Source: Candidatus Liptonbacteria bacterium (GTDB lineage Bacteria; Patescibacteriota; Minisyncoccia; UBA6257; 2-01-FULL-56-20). Taken from it: a stretch of 64,000 nt of DNA. The notes under the pieces were generated by a model that was not told where the DNA came from, made no database searches, and saw nothing but the letters and a program-made list of their open reading frames with translations. This document shows, piece after piece, positions 10,372 through 18,606 of this stretch (its first letter is position 1; the number at the start of each line of letters is the position of its first letter). The stretch covers positions 51,386 to 115,385 of the forward strand of contig VGJV01000002.1 in assembly GCA_016867315.1 (NCBI GenBank), in the 5' to 3' direction. A program made the position numbers and the translations under genes.

Positions 10372-10776
10372 TTAAAGAATCGAGGAATGAAACTTCTCGG
10401 GTTCATGCGGTTCCATCACCTTGATTTCAAACTCCCAGTCGAATTCTTTCCCTTGTTGCCGCTTTTCTAAATCCTCCTTAAGCGGCTGCTGATCATACCC
10501 CAGCGCCACCACTGCCGGCCGCTGCTTTCGGAACATCACATAATTTTCTCCAAGCCTGTCTCCCATCACTACCTCGTCTACATATTCGGAAGACTTCAAA
10601 TGCTCCATACGCACGAGTATAGGAAGCCGAGGATAAATTCCTTTAAGCCCTTCCGCCACCGTATCTCGCGCGACAAGCGCCACAAGATAATCCCCCTGCG
10701 CCCGAGCCTGCTTCAAAAACTGTTTGTGTCCCTCGTGCAAACCATCAAAAACTCCGAACACTAAAACTTTTCGCAT
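10372..10776 (-). CDS. Cytidylyltransferase-family nucleotidyltransferase (TagD/RibL-like)
   Basis: 134 aa. VLVFGVFDGLHEGHKQFLKQARAQGDYLVALV matches the HxGH nucleotidyltransferase motif of glycerol-3-phosphate cytidylyltransferase and archaeal FAD synthetase. Confidence 0.7.
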   Translation of the reverse strand: MRKVLVFGVFDGLHEGHKQFLKQARAQGDYLVALVARDTVAEGLKGIYPRLPILVRMEHLKSSEYVDEVVMGDRLGENYVMFRKQRPAVVALGYDQQPLKEDLEKRQQGKEFDWEFEIKVMEPHEPEKFHSSIL

Positions 10777-10827
10777 AGTGAAGAAAAATTACGAATTATG
10801 CATTATGCGCAATTCGTTATTCATGAT

Positions 10828-12285
10828 TCATGATTCGTTTTTGCGATGCCGCATCAAAGGATAGATCACTGTCTCGCGCAAAGGTTTATCCATAAGAAAC
10901 GCAAAAAGCCTCTCCGAAAGTCCGAATCCTGCGATGGGCGGAAATCCATATTCCATTGCTCGCAAGAATTCCTCATCAATCATCTGCGCCTCCGTATCTC
11001 CTGCTTCTCGCAATTTCATCTGCTCCTCAAATCGTGCCCGCTGATCCAAAGGATCGTTCAACTCCGAAAACCCTTTTGCCAATTCCGTTGCTCCGGCCAC
11101 TACTTGAAATCGCTCCACGCGTTCCGGATCTTCCGCCATCCGCTTCGCAAGGGGCTCAATTGCTACCGGGGGATTCACCAAAAAGCCCGGCTGAATAAGA
11201 TTGGGTCTCACAGTTTTTTTATAAATAAGATCGATGAGCCTTCCTCTTCCAAGGCCTGGTTCGAGCGCGATCTTCAAAGCCTGCGCTTTTGCCCTAAGCT
11301 CTTCAACATTTGCAGTGCGCGGATCAAGCCCGTTCGCCTCTTGGAAAACTTCACAGTACTCTATTTTCTTCCACTTCTTTCCCCATTCAATTTTTTTCCC
11401 TTGATGCATGGTAGTAAGTCCTCCAGTAACCTTCTTGATCGTCTCTTTAAATAAAGCTTCGGTGATCTTCATCAAATCATGGTAGTCCCGATACGCCCAA
11501 TAAAATTCGAGTTGCGTGTAGTCCTGGAGATGCTCCCGATCGATACCCTCGTTTCGGAAGATACGCCCGATTTCGAATACTTTCTCATACCCACTCGCCA
11601 TAAGCTTCTTCAAAGGCAGCTCCAGCGAAATCCGAAGATAGAAATCGGCATCGAGTGCATTGTGATGAGTGATAAAAGGCTCTGCCTCCGCTCCGCCCGG
11701 CACTATCTCGAACACCGGCGTCTCTACCTCCAGAAATCCTTCCTTTTTAAGGAAGTTACGAATAGTATCCCAAAACCCTGCTTTTTTGCGGAATAGTTCT
11801 CGAGCCTCCTCGGAAAAAAAAATATCCAAATACCGCTCCCGCAACCGAGTCTCTACATCTTCCACTCCATACCACGTGGAAGGCATGGGACGAAGCGACT
11901 TCGAAGCCAAGGTAAGCGCCTTCGCTTCTACGCTCTGCTCCCCCCTCTTCGTCACAAAAAGCGGTCCAGTCACAGAGAGAAAATCCCCCCGATCGAGTAC
12001 CGTCCGCCAAAATTCGAAGTCTTTTAAACTCTCCTCTTTAAGTACCGCTTGGATCGAACCGGATTCATTCCGCAAATCCAAAAACACAATTTTCCCTTGA
12101 TCGCGGATGCTCATTACGCGCCCCACAAGAGAAACTTTCTTTTTAGCCTTCGAGAGGGAAGCAAATTTTTCCTTCGCTTCTGCAACAGAGTGCGTACGCG
12201 GCACCTTCACAGGATAAGGCTCTACCCCATGGGCCTTGAGCGCCTCTAATTTTTTTCGCCGCTCGGCAATAAGATCCTCCAACAT
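10828..12285 (-). CDS. lysS: Lysine--tRNA ligase (class II)
   Basis: 485 aa, N-terminal OB anticodon-binding domain (GRVMSIRDQGKIVFLDLRNESGSIQAV) and class II catalytic motifs. Confidence 0.9.
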   Translation of the reverse strand: MLEDLIAERRKKLEALKAHGVEPYPVKVPRTHSVAEAKEKFASLSKAKKKVSLVGRVMSIRDQGKIVFLDLRNESGSIQAVLKEESLKDFEFWRTVLDRGDFLSVTGPLFVTKRGEQSVEAKALTLASKSLRPMPSTWYGVEDVETRLRERYLDIFFSEEARELFRKKAGFWDTIRNFLKKEGFLEVETPVFEIVPGGAEAEPFITHHNALDADFYLRISLELPLKKLMASGYEKVFEIGRIFRNEGIDREHLQDYTQLEFYWAYRDYHDLMKITEALFKETIKKVTGGLTTMHQGKKIEWGKKWKKIEYCEVFQEANGLDPRTANVEELRAKAQALKIALEPGLGRGRLIDLIYKKTVRPNLIQPGFLVNPPVAIEPLAKRMAEDPERVERFQVVAGATELAKGFSELNDPLDQRARFEEQMKLREAGDTEAQMIDEEFLRAMEYGFPPIAGFGLSERLFAFLMDKPLRETVIYPLMRHRKNES

Positions 12286-12426
12286 TGTTATCCATACTAC
12301 CAGCTTTTTAGGCCCTTACAAAATGGAACCGTCTCTTCTTCCAACATAAATGAAGTCCTGTTTCTGCAAGGATTCTCGAACCACTTTCCCAACTAAGTGA
12401 AATCCTGCTTTTCTCGAACGTGGTCC

Positions 12427-12522
12427 AATATGCGAAGTCCTGTTTCGTGCAGAGATTCTCGGAGTGCGTCGGCACGAGAGCATAGCGGTCGCGAAAGCCC
12501 TTCGCGAACCGCGTCCCCGCAA
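12427..12522. repeat. GC-rich structured repeat, copy 1 (conserved core plus a covarying closing helix). Partial copies lie at 12342-12372 and 12387-12410
   Basis: Core GATTCTCGGAGTGCGTCGGCACGAGAGCATAGCGGTCGCGAAAGCCCTTCGCGAACCGCGTCCCC. Flanked by gtcctgtttcgtgc ... gcaagaaataggac (14-bp helix). Lies between the greA stop and the lysS start. Confidence 0.6.
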
Positions 12523-12542
12523 GAAATAGGACAAGCCCCTTT

Positions 12543-13010
12543 TTATTCGATTTTTATAATCTCAAACGTAGATTTTCCTGAAGGAGTAAGCACGGTCACC
12601 TCATCTCCCTTCTCGTGTCCCATAAACGCACGTCCAAGGGGAGATTCGTCGGAAATTTTGCCCTCTTCCGGCTTCGCGTCATAAGGTCCTACAATAGTAT
12701 ATTTAGTTTCTTTGCCGTTCTTCTTCACCGTCACCGCACACCCAACGCGCACCACTCCTCCCGTTCCTCCCGCTTCCTCTTCAATAATGACTGCCTTTTT
12801 CAAAAGTTCCTCGAGTTCGAAAATGCGGTTTTCGATAAGATTCTGCTCTTCACGAGCTTCAGCATATTCAGCGTTCTCGGAAAGATCTCCGTATTCCTTA
12901 GCCCGCTTTAATTTATCGGCAATATCCGCACGACCTTCCCCTTTAAGAGTTTCGAGTTCCTTCTTCAACTCCTCGTGCCGCTCTTTCGAAAGGTGATATT
13001 GGTTCGGCAT
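12543..13010 (-). CDS. greA: Transcription elongation factor GreA
   Basis: N-terminal coiled coil (ELKKELETLKGEGRADIADKLKRAKEYGDLSENAEY) and a C-terminal FKBP-like domain. Trimmed to the MPNQYHL start. Confidence 0.85.
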   Translation of the reverse strand: MPNQYHLSKERHEELKKELETLKGEGRADIADKLKRAKEYGDLSENAEYAEAREEQNLIENRIFELEELLKKAVIIEEEAGGTGGVVRVGCAVTVKKNGKETKYTIVGPYDAKPEEGKISDESPLGRAFMGHEKGDEVTVLTPSGKSTFEIIKIE

Positions 13011-13048
13011 GGTAGCGCCTAAAGGCTTAGCAATATGCAAAGCGTTAA

Positions 13049-13852
13049 TTAAATTTCGTTCTTTGCTTCTTGCTCTTCTCTGCCCGGCAGTGGTTTCGTC
13101 GCGGCAGAATTTTTAGTTCGGATATGATAGGTATCCGCCCAAAGTCTGAAGCGAATTGTAAGGGTTTCGATAGCAAAACGCAAGCCTGCCGAAAGCGGCA
13201 CTGTGGAAGCTCGGTCGTTTCTCCAATGCGCCGGAATCTCTTTGATGCGCAACTCTAAAGCACGCGCCAACGCCAAGGCCTCCACATCGAAGGCCCACCC
13301 ATTCATCTCCGCTCGAGAAAATATTTCTTCCGCTGCGCCACCCGTAAATACCTTGAATCCGCATTGGGTGTCCCACACACCGGGAAGAAGAAGCGCTTGC
13401 GCAAAAAGATTCAGCACTTTTCCGGCCACCCGTCGAAAAAGGGGTTGTGGCGGATCTAACTGCGCTCCACGCACTGCTCTCGAAGCCACCACTATATCGT
13501 ATTGCTCATGTTCATTTTGAAGATAAGGAAGGGCGAGCTCGAGATGCTCAAGAGAAGTAGAATTATCTGCATCCATAAATAGACGGATCTCCCCTCGGGC
13601 CGCAAGCATTCCTTGTCTCACCACCGCCCCTTTCCCGCGATTTTTTTTATTTTCAAGGAGAGAAAGAAAAGGGATGCCTTTGGCCATCTCACTCACAAGC
13701 TCCGCAGTGGCATCTTGCGATCCATCATTCACGACCAGAATCTCATATGAAAAGTTTTTTCCGCTCAAAATCCGATGCACATCTTGAAGCGTGGGCGGCA
13801 AGCGCTTCGCTTCGTTATACGCGGGAATGATGACGGAAAGAAATGGCTGCAT
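13049..13852 (-). CDS. Family 2 glycosyltransferase (dolichol-phosphate mannosyltransferase-like)
   Basis: VIIPAYNEAKRL ... VVNDGSQDATAEL ... DAD motif, consistent with a GT-A fold GT2 enzyme. Confidence 0.75.
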   Translation of the reverse strand: MQPFLSVIIPAYNEAKRLPPTLQDVHRILSGKNFSYEILVVNDGSQDATAELVSEMAKGIPFLSLLENKKNRGKGAVVRQGMLAARGEIRLFMDADNSTSLEHLELALPYLQNEHEQYDIVVASRAVRGAQLDPPQPLFRRVAGKVLNLFAQALLLPGVWDTQCGFKVFTGGAAEEIFSRAEMNGWAFDVEALALARALELRIKEIPAHWRNDRASTVPLSAGLRFAIETLTIRFRLWADTYHIRTKNSAATKPLPGREEQEAKNEI

Positions 13853-13862
13853 AGCAAGTGGT

Positions 13863-13943
13863 AAGTAGTAGGTAGTATGTAGCGAGAAGAATGTAAACGA
13901 GGTGAAGAATTGATTGCGTATTCTACTACTTACTACTTTCTAC
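13863..13943. repeat. GTAG-rich long inverted repeat (hairpin) between map and the GT2 gene
   Basis: gtaagtagtaggtagtatgtag ... ttctactacttactactttctacatactacttac. Imperfect inverted repeat of about 22-35 nt arms. Confidence 0.5.
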
Positions 13944-13946
13944 ATA

Positions 13947-14711
13947 CTACTTACTCGTGAGTATTCTCGGTCCTGACTCCGTGATCGCCACCGTATGCTC
14001 GAAATGAGCAGTAATACTTCCATCTGCCGCCGCAAAACTATCATCAGGAAACTGCTTCACTTTGCCACGCCCTGCAGCAACCATGGGTTCAATCGCCAGC
14101 ACCATGCCAGGCAAAAGTTTGAGTCCCCGTCCGGGTACTCCCGTATTTAAAACCGAGGGCTCCTCATGAAGTTCTTTTCCAATTCCATGTCCGCATAATT
14201 TTTCTACTATAGAAAATCCGTCCTCTTCCACTCGCTTCTGAATCGCCGCTCCTATGTCCCCTAAAGTATTTCCGGGTCGTGCCTGTCTGATTCCCCCCAT
14301 AAGCGCCGCGTGAGTCGTCTTAAGCAATCGCTTCGCTTCCTCGGTGCCTTTTCCTGCGATGACTGTACGCGCCGAATCCACATTCCAATCTTTCCACGTA
14401 AGCCCGGCATCGATTTTGACCACATCCCTCTCTCTAATTTCATACCCCGAAGGAATTCCGTGCACCACGGTCTCATTTATAGAAACACAAAGCGCCGCAG
14501 GATATCGCTCATCGCTCCCGGGAGCGTGATATCCCAAAAAAACCGGTATGGCTTCCGCTTCTTGAATGAGTTTTCGGGCAAGCAAATCAAGCTCCTCTGT
14601 CCGCATTCCCACACGCACTGCACTCACTAATACCTCAAGCACGTGGGCCAAACGCTTTCCCGCTTCGGCCATCATTTCAATTTCTGCCGGAGTTTTTATT
14701 GTGATTGCCAT
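13947..14711 (-). CDS. map: Methionine aminopeptidase type I
   Basis: 254 aa, conserved metal-ligand residues of the pita-bread fold (D..D..H..E..E pattern). Confidence 0.9.
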   Translation of the reverse strand: MAITIKTPAEIEMMAEAGKRLAHVLEVLVSAVRVGMRTEELDLLARKLIQEAEAIPVFLGYHAPGSDERYPAALCVSINETVVHGIPSGYEIRERDVVKIDAGLTWKDWNVDSARTVIAGKGTEEAKRLLKTTHAALMGGIRQARPGNTLGDIGAAIQKRVEEDGFSIVEKLCGHGIGKELHEEPSVLNTGVPGRGLKLLPGMVLAIEPMVAAGRGKVKQFPDDSFAAADGSITAHFEHTVAITESGPRILTSK

Positions 14712-15259
14712 GAAGTATATGCGTCTTTAACAATGCCAATCACCTGCTCCAAGTTATTTTTGCCAGTATCCACCACTAAATCGAACTGGGATGGGTTCGT
14801 GTAGTCAATTTTATAAAGATCCCAGTAGCGCTTCTTCTCACTTTCCAACCGCTTCATCGTATTGTGATAAATCTCCTCGACGGAAGATCCGGCCTGACTC
14901 GCTCTCCCTTCCCGCTGGATCTGCGCGAAGGTGCGCTCAGCAGCTTTCCGAATATCCAGATTCAAAAAAACCTTAAACGCCTCGGGAATCCAATGAAACG
15001 CCATCCGCGAATCGATCACGAACCCCTCTTTTTCCTGACCTAACTTTTCGATCCATTTATCGACTTCGAAGTCAATTTCTTTTTGGGTTTCGGCGGCGAT
15101 ATTAATCCCCTCAATCGAAAGCCCGCGATCCGCCGCCATTTTTCTAAAAAGGTCCCCCGAAGAAAAATGCTCATAGCTCAAAACAAGTGCTACTCCTTTC
15201 GCAGTGCTCGATTTTCCGCTTCCCGGCACGCCGGTGATTGTAATAATCTTTTTTTTCAT
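14696..15259 (-). CDS. cmk: Putative cytidylate kinase, archaeal type (P-loop NMP kinase)
   Basis: 187 aa. KIITITGVPGSGKSSTAKGVA...SSGDLFRKMAADRGLS resembles the archaeal-type Cmk / Cytidylate_kin2 family. Confidence 0.6.
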   Translation of the reverse strand: MKKKIITITGVPGSGKSSTAKGVALVLSYEHFSSGDLFRKMAADRGLSIEGINIAAETQKEIDFEVDKWIEKLGQEKEGFVIDSRMAFHWIPEAFKVFLNLDIRKAAERTFAQIQREGRASQAGSSVEEIYHNTMKRLESEKKRYWDLYKIDYTNPSQFDLVVDTGKNNLEQVIGIVKDAYTSWQSQ

Positions 15260-15837
15260 GCGAGTTCAAGTACGATATTCACGCTCTTTTGCACCGCTTC
15301 GATCGATGGCCGCCCATCCACCTCGAAAAATTCGGTGCGCTGCCGCATAAAAGGAAGCATGGGCACGGTATTCGCCTGATAATCCGCGAGCCTACGCTCG
15401 ATTGCCGCCAAAGTGTCATCGCTCCGGCCTTCTTTTTCAGCGCGAAGCAACAATCGCTTTCGAGATTCTTCAATAGGAATATCGAGGAATACCGAAGCAA
15501 ATCGCTTTTTCCCAAACGACTGCAGCAATCCAAAAAGAAAGTCAGCCTGTCCCACGCGGCGAGGAATCCCATCGAACACGATCCCTTGTTCCCGAGGTAG
15601 GGATTCAAGCTCAGTCCGCACGACACTTAAAAGCTCCTCGTCGGTAAAAAGCCTACCACTTTTTAATATATCTCCCGCGCGCGCGCCGCTCACCGTAATC
15701 ATCTCCGAATTTCGACGAAGCACTGCTCCGGTGTCCCAGAAGAAAAAACCCAGTTTCTCTGCGAGTAATTTAGCCTGAGTGCCCTTCCCAGACCCTTGCG
15801 GGCCAAGGACAAAAATAGCATCGTATCCCCGATTCAT
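15256..15837 (-). CDS. adk: Adenylate kinase (short form, no zinc lid)
   Basis: P-loop GPQGSGKGTQ and an NMP-binding region. 193 aa. Confidence 0.9.
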   Translation of the reverse strand: MNRGYDAIFVLGPQGSGKGTQAKLLAEKLGFFFWDTGAVLRRNSEMITVSGARAGDILKSGRLFTDEELLSVVRTELESLPREQGIVFDGIPRRVGQADFLFGLLQSFGKKRFASVFLDIPIEESRKRLLLRAEKEGRSDDTLAAIERRLADYQANTVPMLPFMRQRTEFFEVDGRPSIEAVQKSVNIVLELA

Positions 15838-15876
15838 GGGAATAAGGTACCAAAAAATCGAAAGAACGTACAGATT

Positions 15877-17148
15877 TTATTGGATCCCTTCGTATTCACG
15901 CACCGTAAGCTGCGAATCAATCTGCCTCATGGTCTCCAAAGCCACCGCCACTACAATAAGCAACGCCGTACCGCTTACGGTAAGCACCGCTACCCCCGTG
16001 ATCGCCTGCACAATGATAGGCAAAATCGCAATGAGCCCCAAAAACACGGCCCCGAAGAAAGTCACACGATTCACGGTTTTTTTGAAGAATTCTTCAGTCA
16101 TTTCTCCCGGTCGGATTCCCGGAATAAACCCTCCTCCTCGCTGTAAATTCTTGGCTACCTCCGATGGATTGAATGTGATCGAAGTGTAGAAATAGGTGAA
16201 TGCGAACACAAGCGAGAAGTAGATGATCCCGTAGAACATTCGGTTATTAAGCACACTCGTCACGATCTCATTAAGTTTGACTCCCACCCCGGGAGAAATG
16301 GCCGTCATCACCTGCGCGATGAATTGCGGGAAAAGGAATACTGAGATTGCGAAGATCAAAGGAATCATTCCTGCTTGGTTTACTTTAAGCGGCAGGTAGC
16401 TCGATACTCCGCCGAACATCTTCATGCCCCGCACACGTCGAGCGTACGCCACAGGCACTTTCCGCTCCCCCTCGTTCAAATACACGACTCCAAAGATCAC
16501 AAGAAGCAACACTAAAAGGAATCCGATGTAGGTAGCCAATTTCGCGGGCGTGTAGGAAAGGAGCAGCAAACGCACATTCGCCGGCAAGCCCGCCACAATT
16601 CCTGCAAGGATGATAAGCGAAATGCCATTCCCCACTTTTTGCTCAGTGATAAGTTCTCCGAGCCACACTGCGATCATTGCTCCCGCGGTGATCACCACCA
16701 CAGTCGTAAGCAAAAGCCAAGCATCCGGTCGATCGAGAACTCCCGAACTCATAAGGAGTGCAAGGAATCCGTACGCCTGAAGCACTGCAAGCGGCACGGT
16801 GAGCATTCGGGAATATTGATTAAATTTCGCACGTCCTTGGGCTCCTTCCTCGTAATAAAGTTGCTTGAACTTCGGGAAAATGAGCGTCAAAAGCTGCATG
16901 ATAATTGTCGCCGTGATGTACGGTCCTACCCCCAACATCATGACCGACAAACTTTCTAATCCTCCTCCTGAAAAAAAGTTCAAAAAACCCAAGAGCTGGT
17001 TGGAGTTGAAATATTGCTGGAGTCTGTCCGCATCCACCCCGGGAATAGGAATAGCGGCAAAGAAACGGTATGCCACAAGTACCCCTAATACGATAAGGAT
17101 TTTGTTGCGGATTTCAGGGATTCTAAAAATTTGGAGGATTCGATTCAT
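15877..17148 (-). CDS. secY: Preprotein translocase subunit SecY
   Basis: 10 TM segments and SecY signature regions. Trimmed to MNRILQIFRIPEIRNKIL, because the longer ORF would overlap the upstream repeat element. Confidence 0.9.
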   Translation of the reverse strand: MNRILQIFRIPEIRNKILIVLGVLVAYRFFAAIPIPGVDADRLQQYFNSNQLLGFLNFFSGGGLESLSVMMLGVGPYITATIIMQLLTLIFPKFKQLYYEEGAQGRAKFNQYSRMLTVPLAVLQAYGFLALLMSSGVLDRPDAWLLLTTVVVITAGAMIAVWLGELITEQKVGNGISLIILAGIVAGLPANVRLLLLSYTPAKLATYIGFLLVLLLVIFGVVYLNEGERKVPVAYARRVRGMKMFGGVSSYLPLKVNQAGMIPLIFAISVFLFPQFIAQVMTAISPGVGVKLNEIVTSVLNNRMFYGIIYFSLVFAFTYFYTSITFNPSEVAKNLQRGGGFIPGIRPGEMTEEFFKKTVNRVTFFGAVFLGLIAILPIIVQAITGVAVLTVSGTALLIVVAVALETMRQIDSQLTVREYEGIQ

Positions 17149-17171
17149 AACGTTAAGTAGTAAAAAGAGAC

Positions 17172-17272
17172 GTCGGCTTCGGGTGGAAAAGGGATTCTCG
17201 GAGCGCGGCGGCGCGAGAGCATAGCGGCTGCGAAAGCCCATCGCGGACCGCGTCCCTTTGCCATACGAAGCC
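17172..17272. repeat. GC-rich structured repeat, copy 2 (between rplO and secY)
   Basis: Core GGGATTCTCGGAGCGCGGCGGCGCGAGAGCATAGCGGCTGCGAAAGCCCATCGCGGACCGCGTCCC. Flanked by cggcttcgggtggaaaaggga ... tccctttgccatacgaagccg (21-bp helix, 19 pairs). Confidence 0.6.
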
Positions 17273-17291
17273 GCGCCGGAGCATACTCATA

Positions 17292-17735
17292 TTATTGCAC
17301 TTTTCCTCCTGCCTTCTCAATCTGAGCCTTGGCAGACTTAGATGTCGGCAAACCGTGAAGCTCGAGAGAGGCCGAAAGCTCTCCCCCTCCCAAAATTTTC
17401 ACTGCGCCGCGAAACCCCGGTGGAATAATACCTGCCTTCTGAAGTACCTCGCGGTTCACCACCAAAGGTGCCTTGCTGTCATGAAGCGGCGCTAACTTCT
17501 TTCCGAGAATTCCTACTTGAATCGGTATCGGCTTAGCCTCAATCGGCTTATTGCGAAACCCTCGACGCTTAGGAAGTCGAATAATGAGATCGCGCACCGC
17601 CGGCCGGATACGCCGCCCGGATCGGGATTTCTGCCCCTTTACTCCGCGTCCGGAATAACTGCCTCGCTTACCGCTGCGCCCAATGCGCTGCGCTCGCTTT
17701 TTAGCCGGATTTTTTTGTAATTCGTGTAATTGCAT
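17292..17735 (-). CDS. rplO: 50S ribosomal protein L15
   Basis: Gly/Arg-rich N-terminus and L15 family conservation. Position in the spc operon. Confidence 0.9.
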   Translation of the reverse strand: MQLHELQKNPAKKRAQRIGRSGKRGSYSGRGVKGQKSRSGRRIRPAVRDLIIRLPKRRGFRNKPIEAKPIPIQVGILGKKLAPLHDSKAPLVVNREVLQKAGIIPPGFRGAVKILGGGELSASLELHGLPTSKSAKAQIEKAGGKVQ

Positions 17736-17745
17736 GAAGGTAATG

Positions 17746-18225
17746 TTACTGCTTCTTCACTTGAGACGGCTTGAGCTTCCGAAGCGCACTAAGGGTTGCT
17801 AATGCATTCGTAAGTTTATTAGGCGTACGACCTAATACCTTAGAAGTGGCGTCTTTGATTCCGACCAGAGTAAGTACCGCACGTACTGCTCCTCCCGCAC
17901 GAATTCCATGTCCTGGAGGCGCCGGTTTTATAAGCACTTTCGCCGCGCTGTATTTGGCGAAAACTTCATGAGGAAGAGTTCGTCCGTCTCGAAGAGGCAC
18001 GGTAAAAAGAGCCTTCCTCGCTACCACTTTGGCCTTAGCTACCGCCTGCGCGACATCCACGCCCTTAGCAATCCCAATCCCCACTTGTCCCTTCATATCG
18101 CCAAGCGCCAAGGTTGCCCGAAAGCGAAATCTCTTTCCTCCAGCCACCACACGGGTGACACGCCGAAGATCGAGCATTTTCTCCTTGTATAATTCCTCTC
18201 TTTTTATTTGCGGCATATTTCTCAT
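17746..18225 (-). CDS. rpsE: 30S ribosomal protein S5
   Basis: dsRBD-like N-terminal domain (RVTRVVAGGKRFRFRATLALGD). Confidence 0.9.
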   Translation of the reverse strand: MRNMPQIKREELYKEKMLDLRRVTRVVAGGKRFRFRATLALGDMKGQVGIGIAKGVDVAQAVAKAKVVARKALFTVPLRDGRTLPHEVFAKYSAAKVLIKPAPPGHGIRAGGAVRAVLTLVGIKDATSKVLGRTPNKLTNALATLSALRKLKPSQVKKQ

Positions 18226-18240
18226 AGTAGGTATAGGGTA

Positions 18241-18597
18241 TTAGAACGTTAATCCTCCTGCTCGTGCGGCCTCGGCCAAAGCCTTCACTCGTCCATGATA
18301 TCGATATCCGCCGCGATCAAATACGGCCTTCTTGATACCCATCTCTGTTGCCCGCTTTGCGATCAAAGCTCCCACTTTTTCTGCAATGTGACTCTTTCCC
18401 CTACCTTCTTTTATTTCCCGATTGGAAGCCTGCGTAAGCGTTACTCCTTTTGCATCGTCAATAAGCTGGACATAAATTCCCCGGTTACTGCGAAACACGG
18501 AAAGCCTCGGCCGAAGAGCATTGCCGATAATCCGCTCATGTGTGCGGTGAGCCCGGCGCATACGAACTTGATTGTGATGTTTACGAATACTTGCCAT
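18241..18597 (-). CDS. rplR: 50S ribosomal protein L18
   Basis: Family conservation and operon position. Confidence 0.9.
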   Translation of the reverse strand: MASIRKHHNQVRMRRAHRTHERIIGNALRPRLSVFRSNRGIYVQLIDDAKGVTLTQASNREIKEGRGKSHIAEKVGALIAKRATEMGIKKAVFDRGGYRYHGRVKALAEAARAGGLTF

Positions 18598-18606
18598 GGT
18601 AGTGTT

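Noticed and set aside
12300-12540. T-box riboswitch upstream of lysS
   Set aside because: The position is right (5' of an aaRS gene), but no T-box consensus, specifier loop or antiterminator bulge could be found. The same element also occurs at three loci unrelated to aaRS genes.
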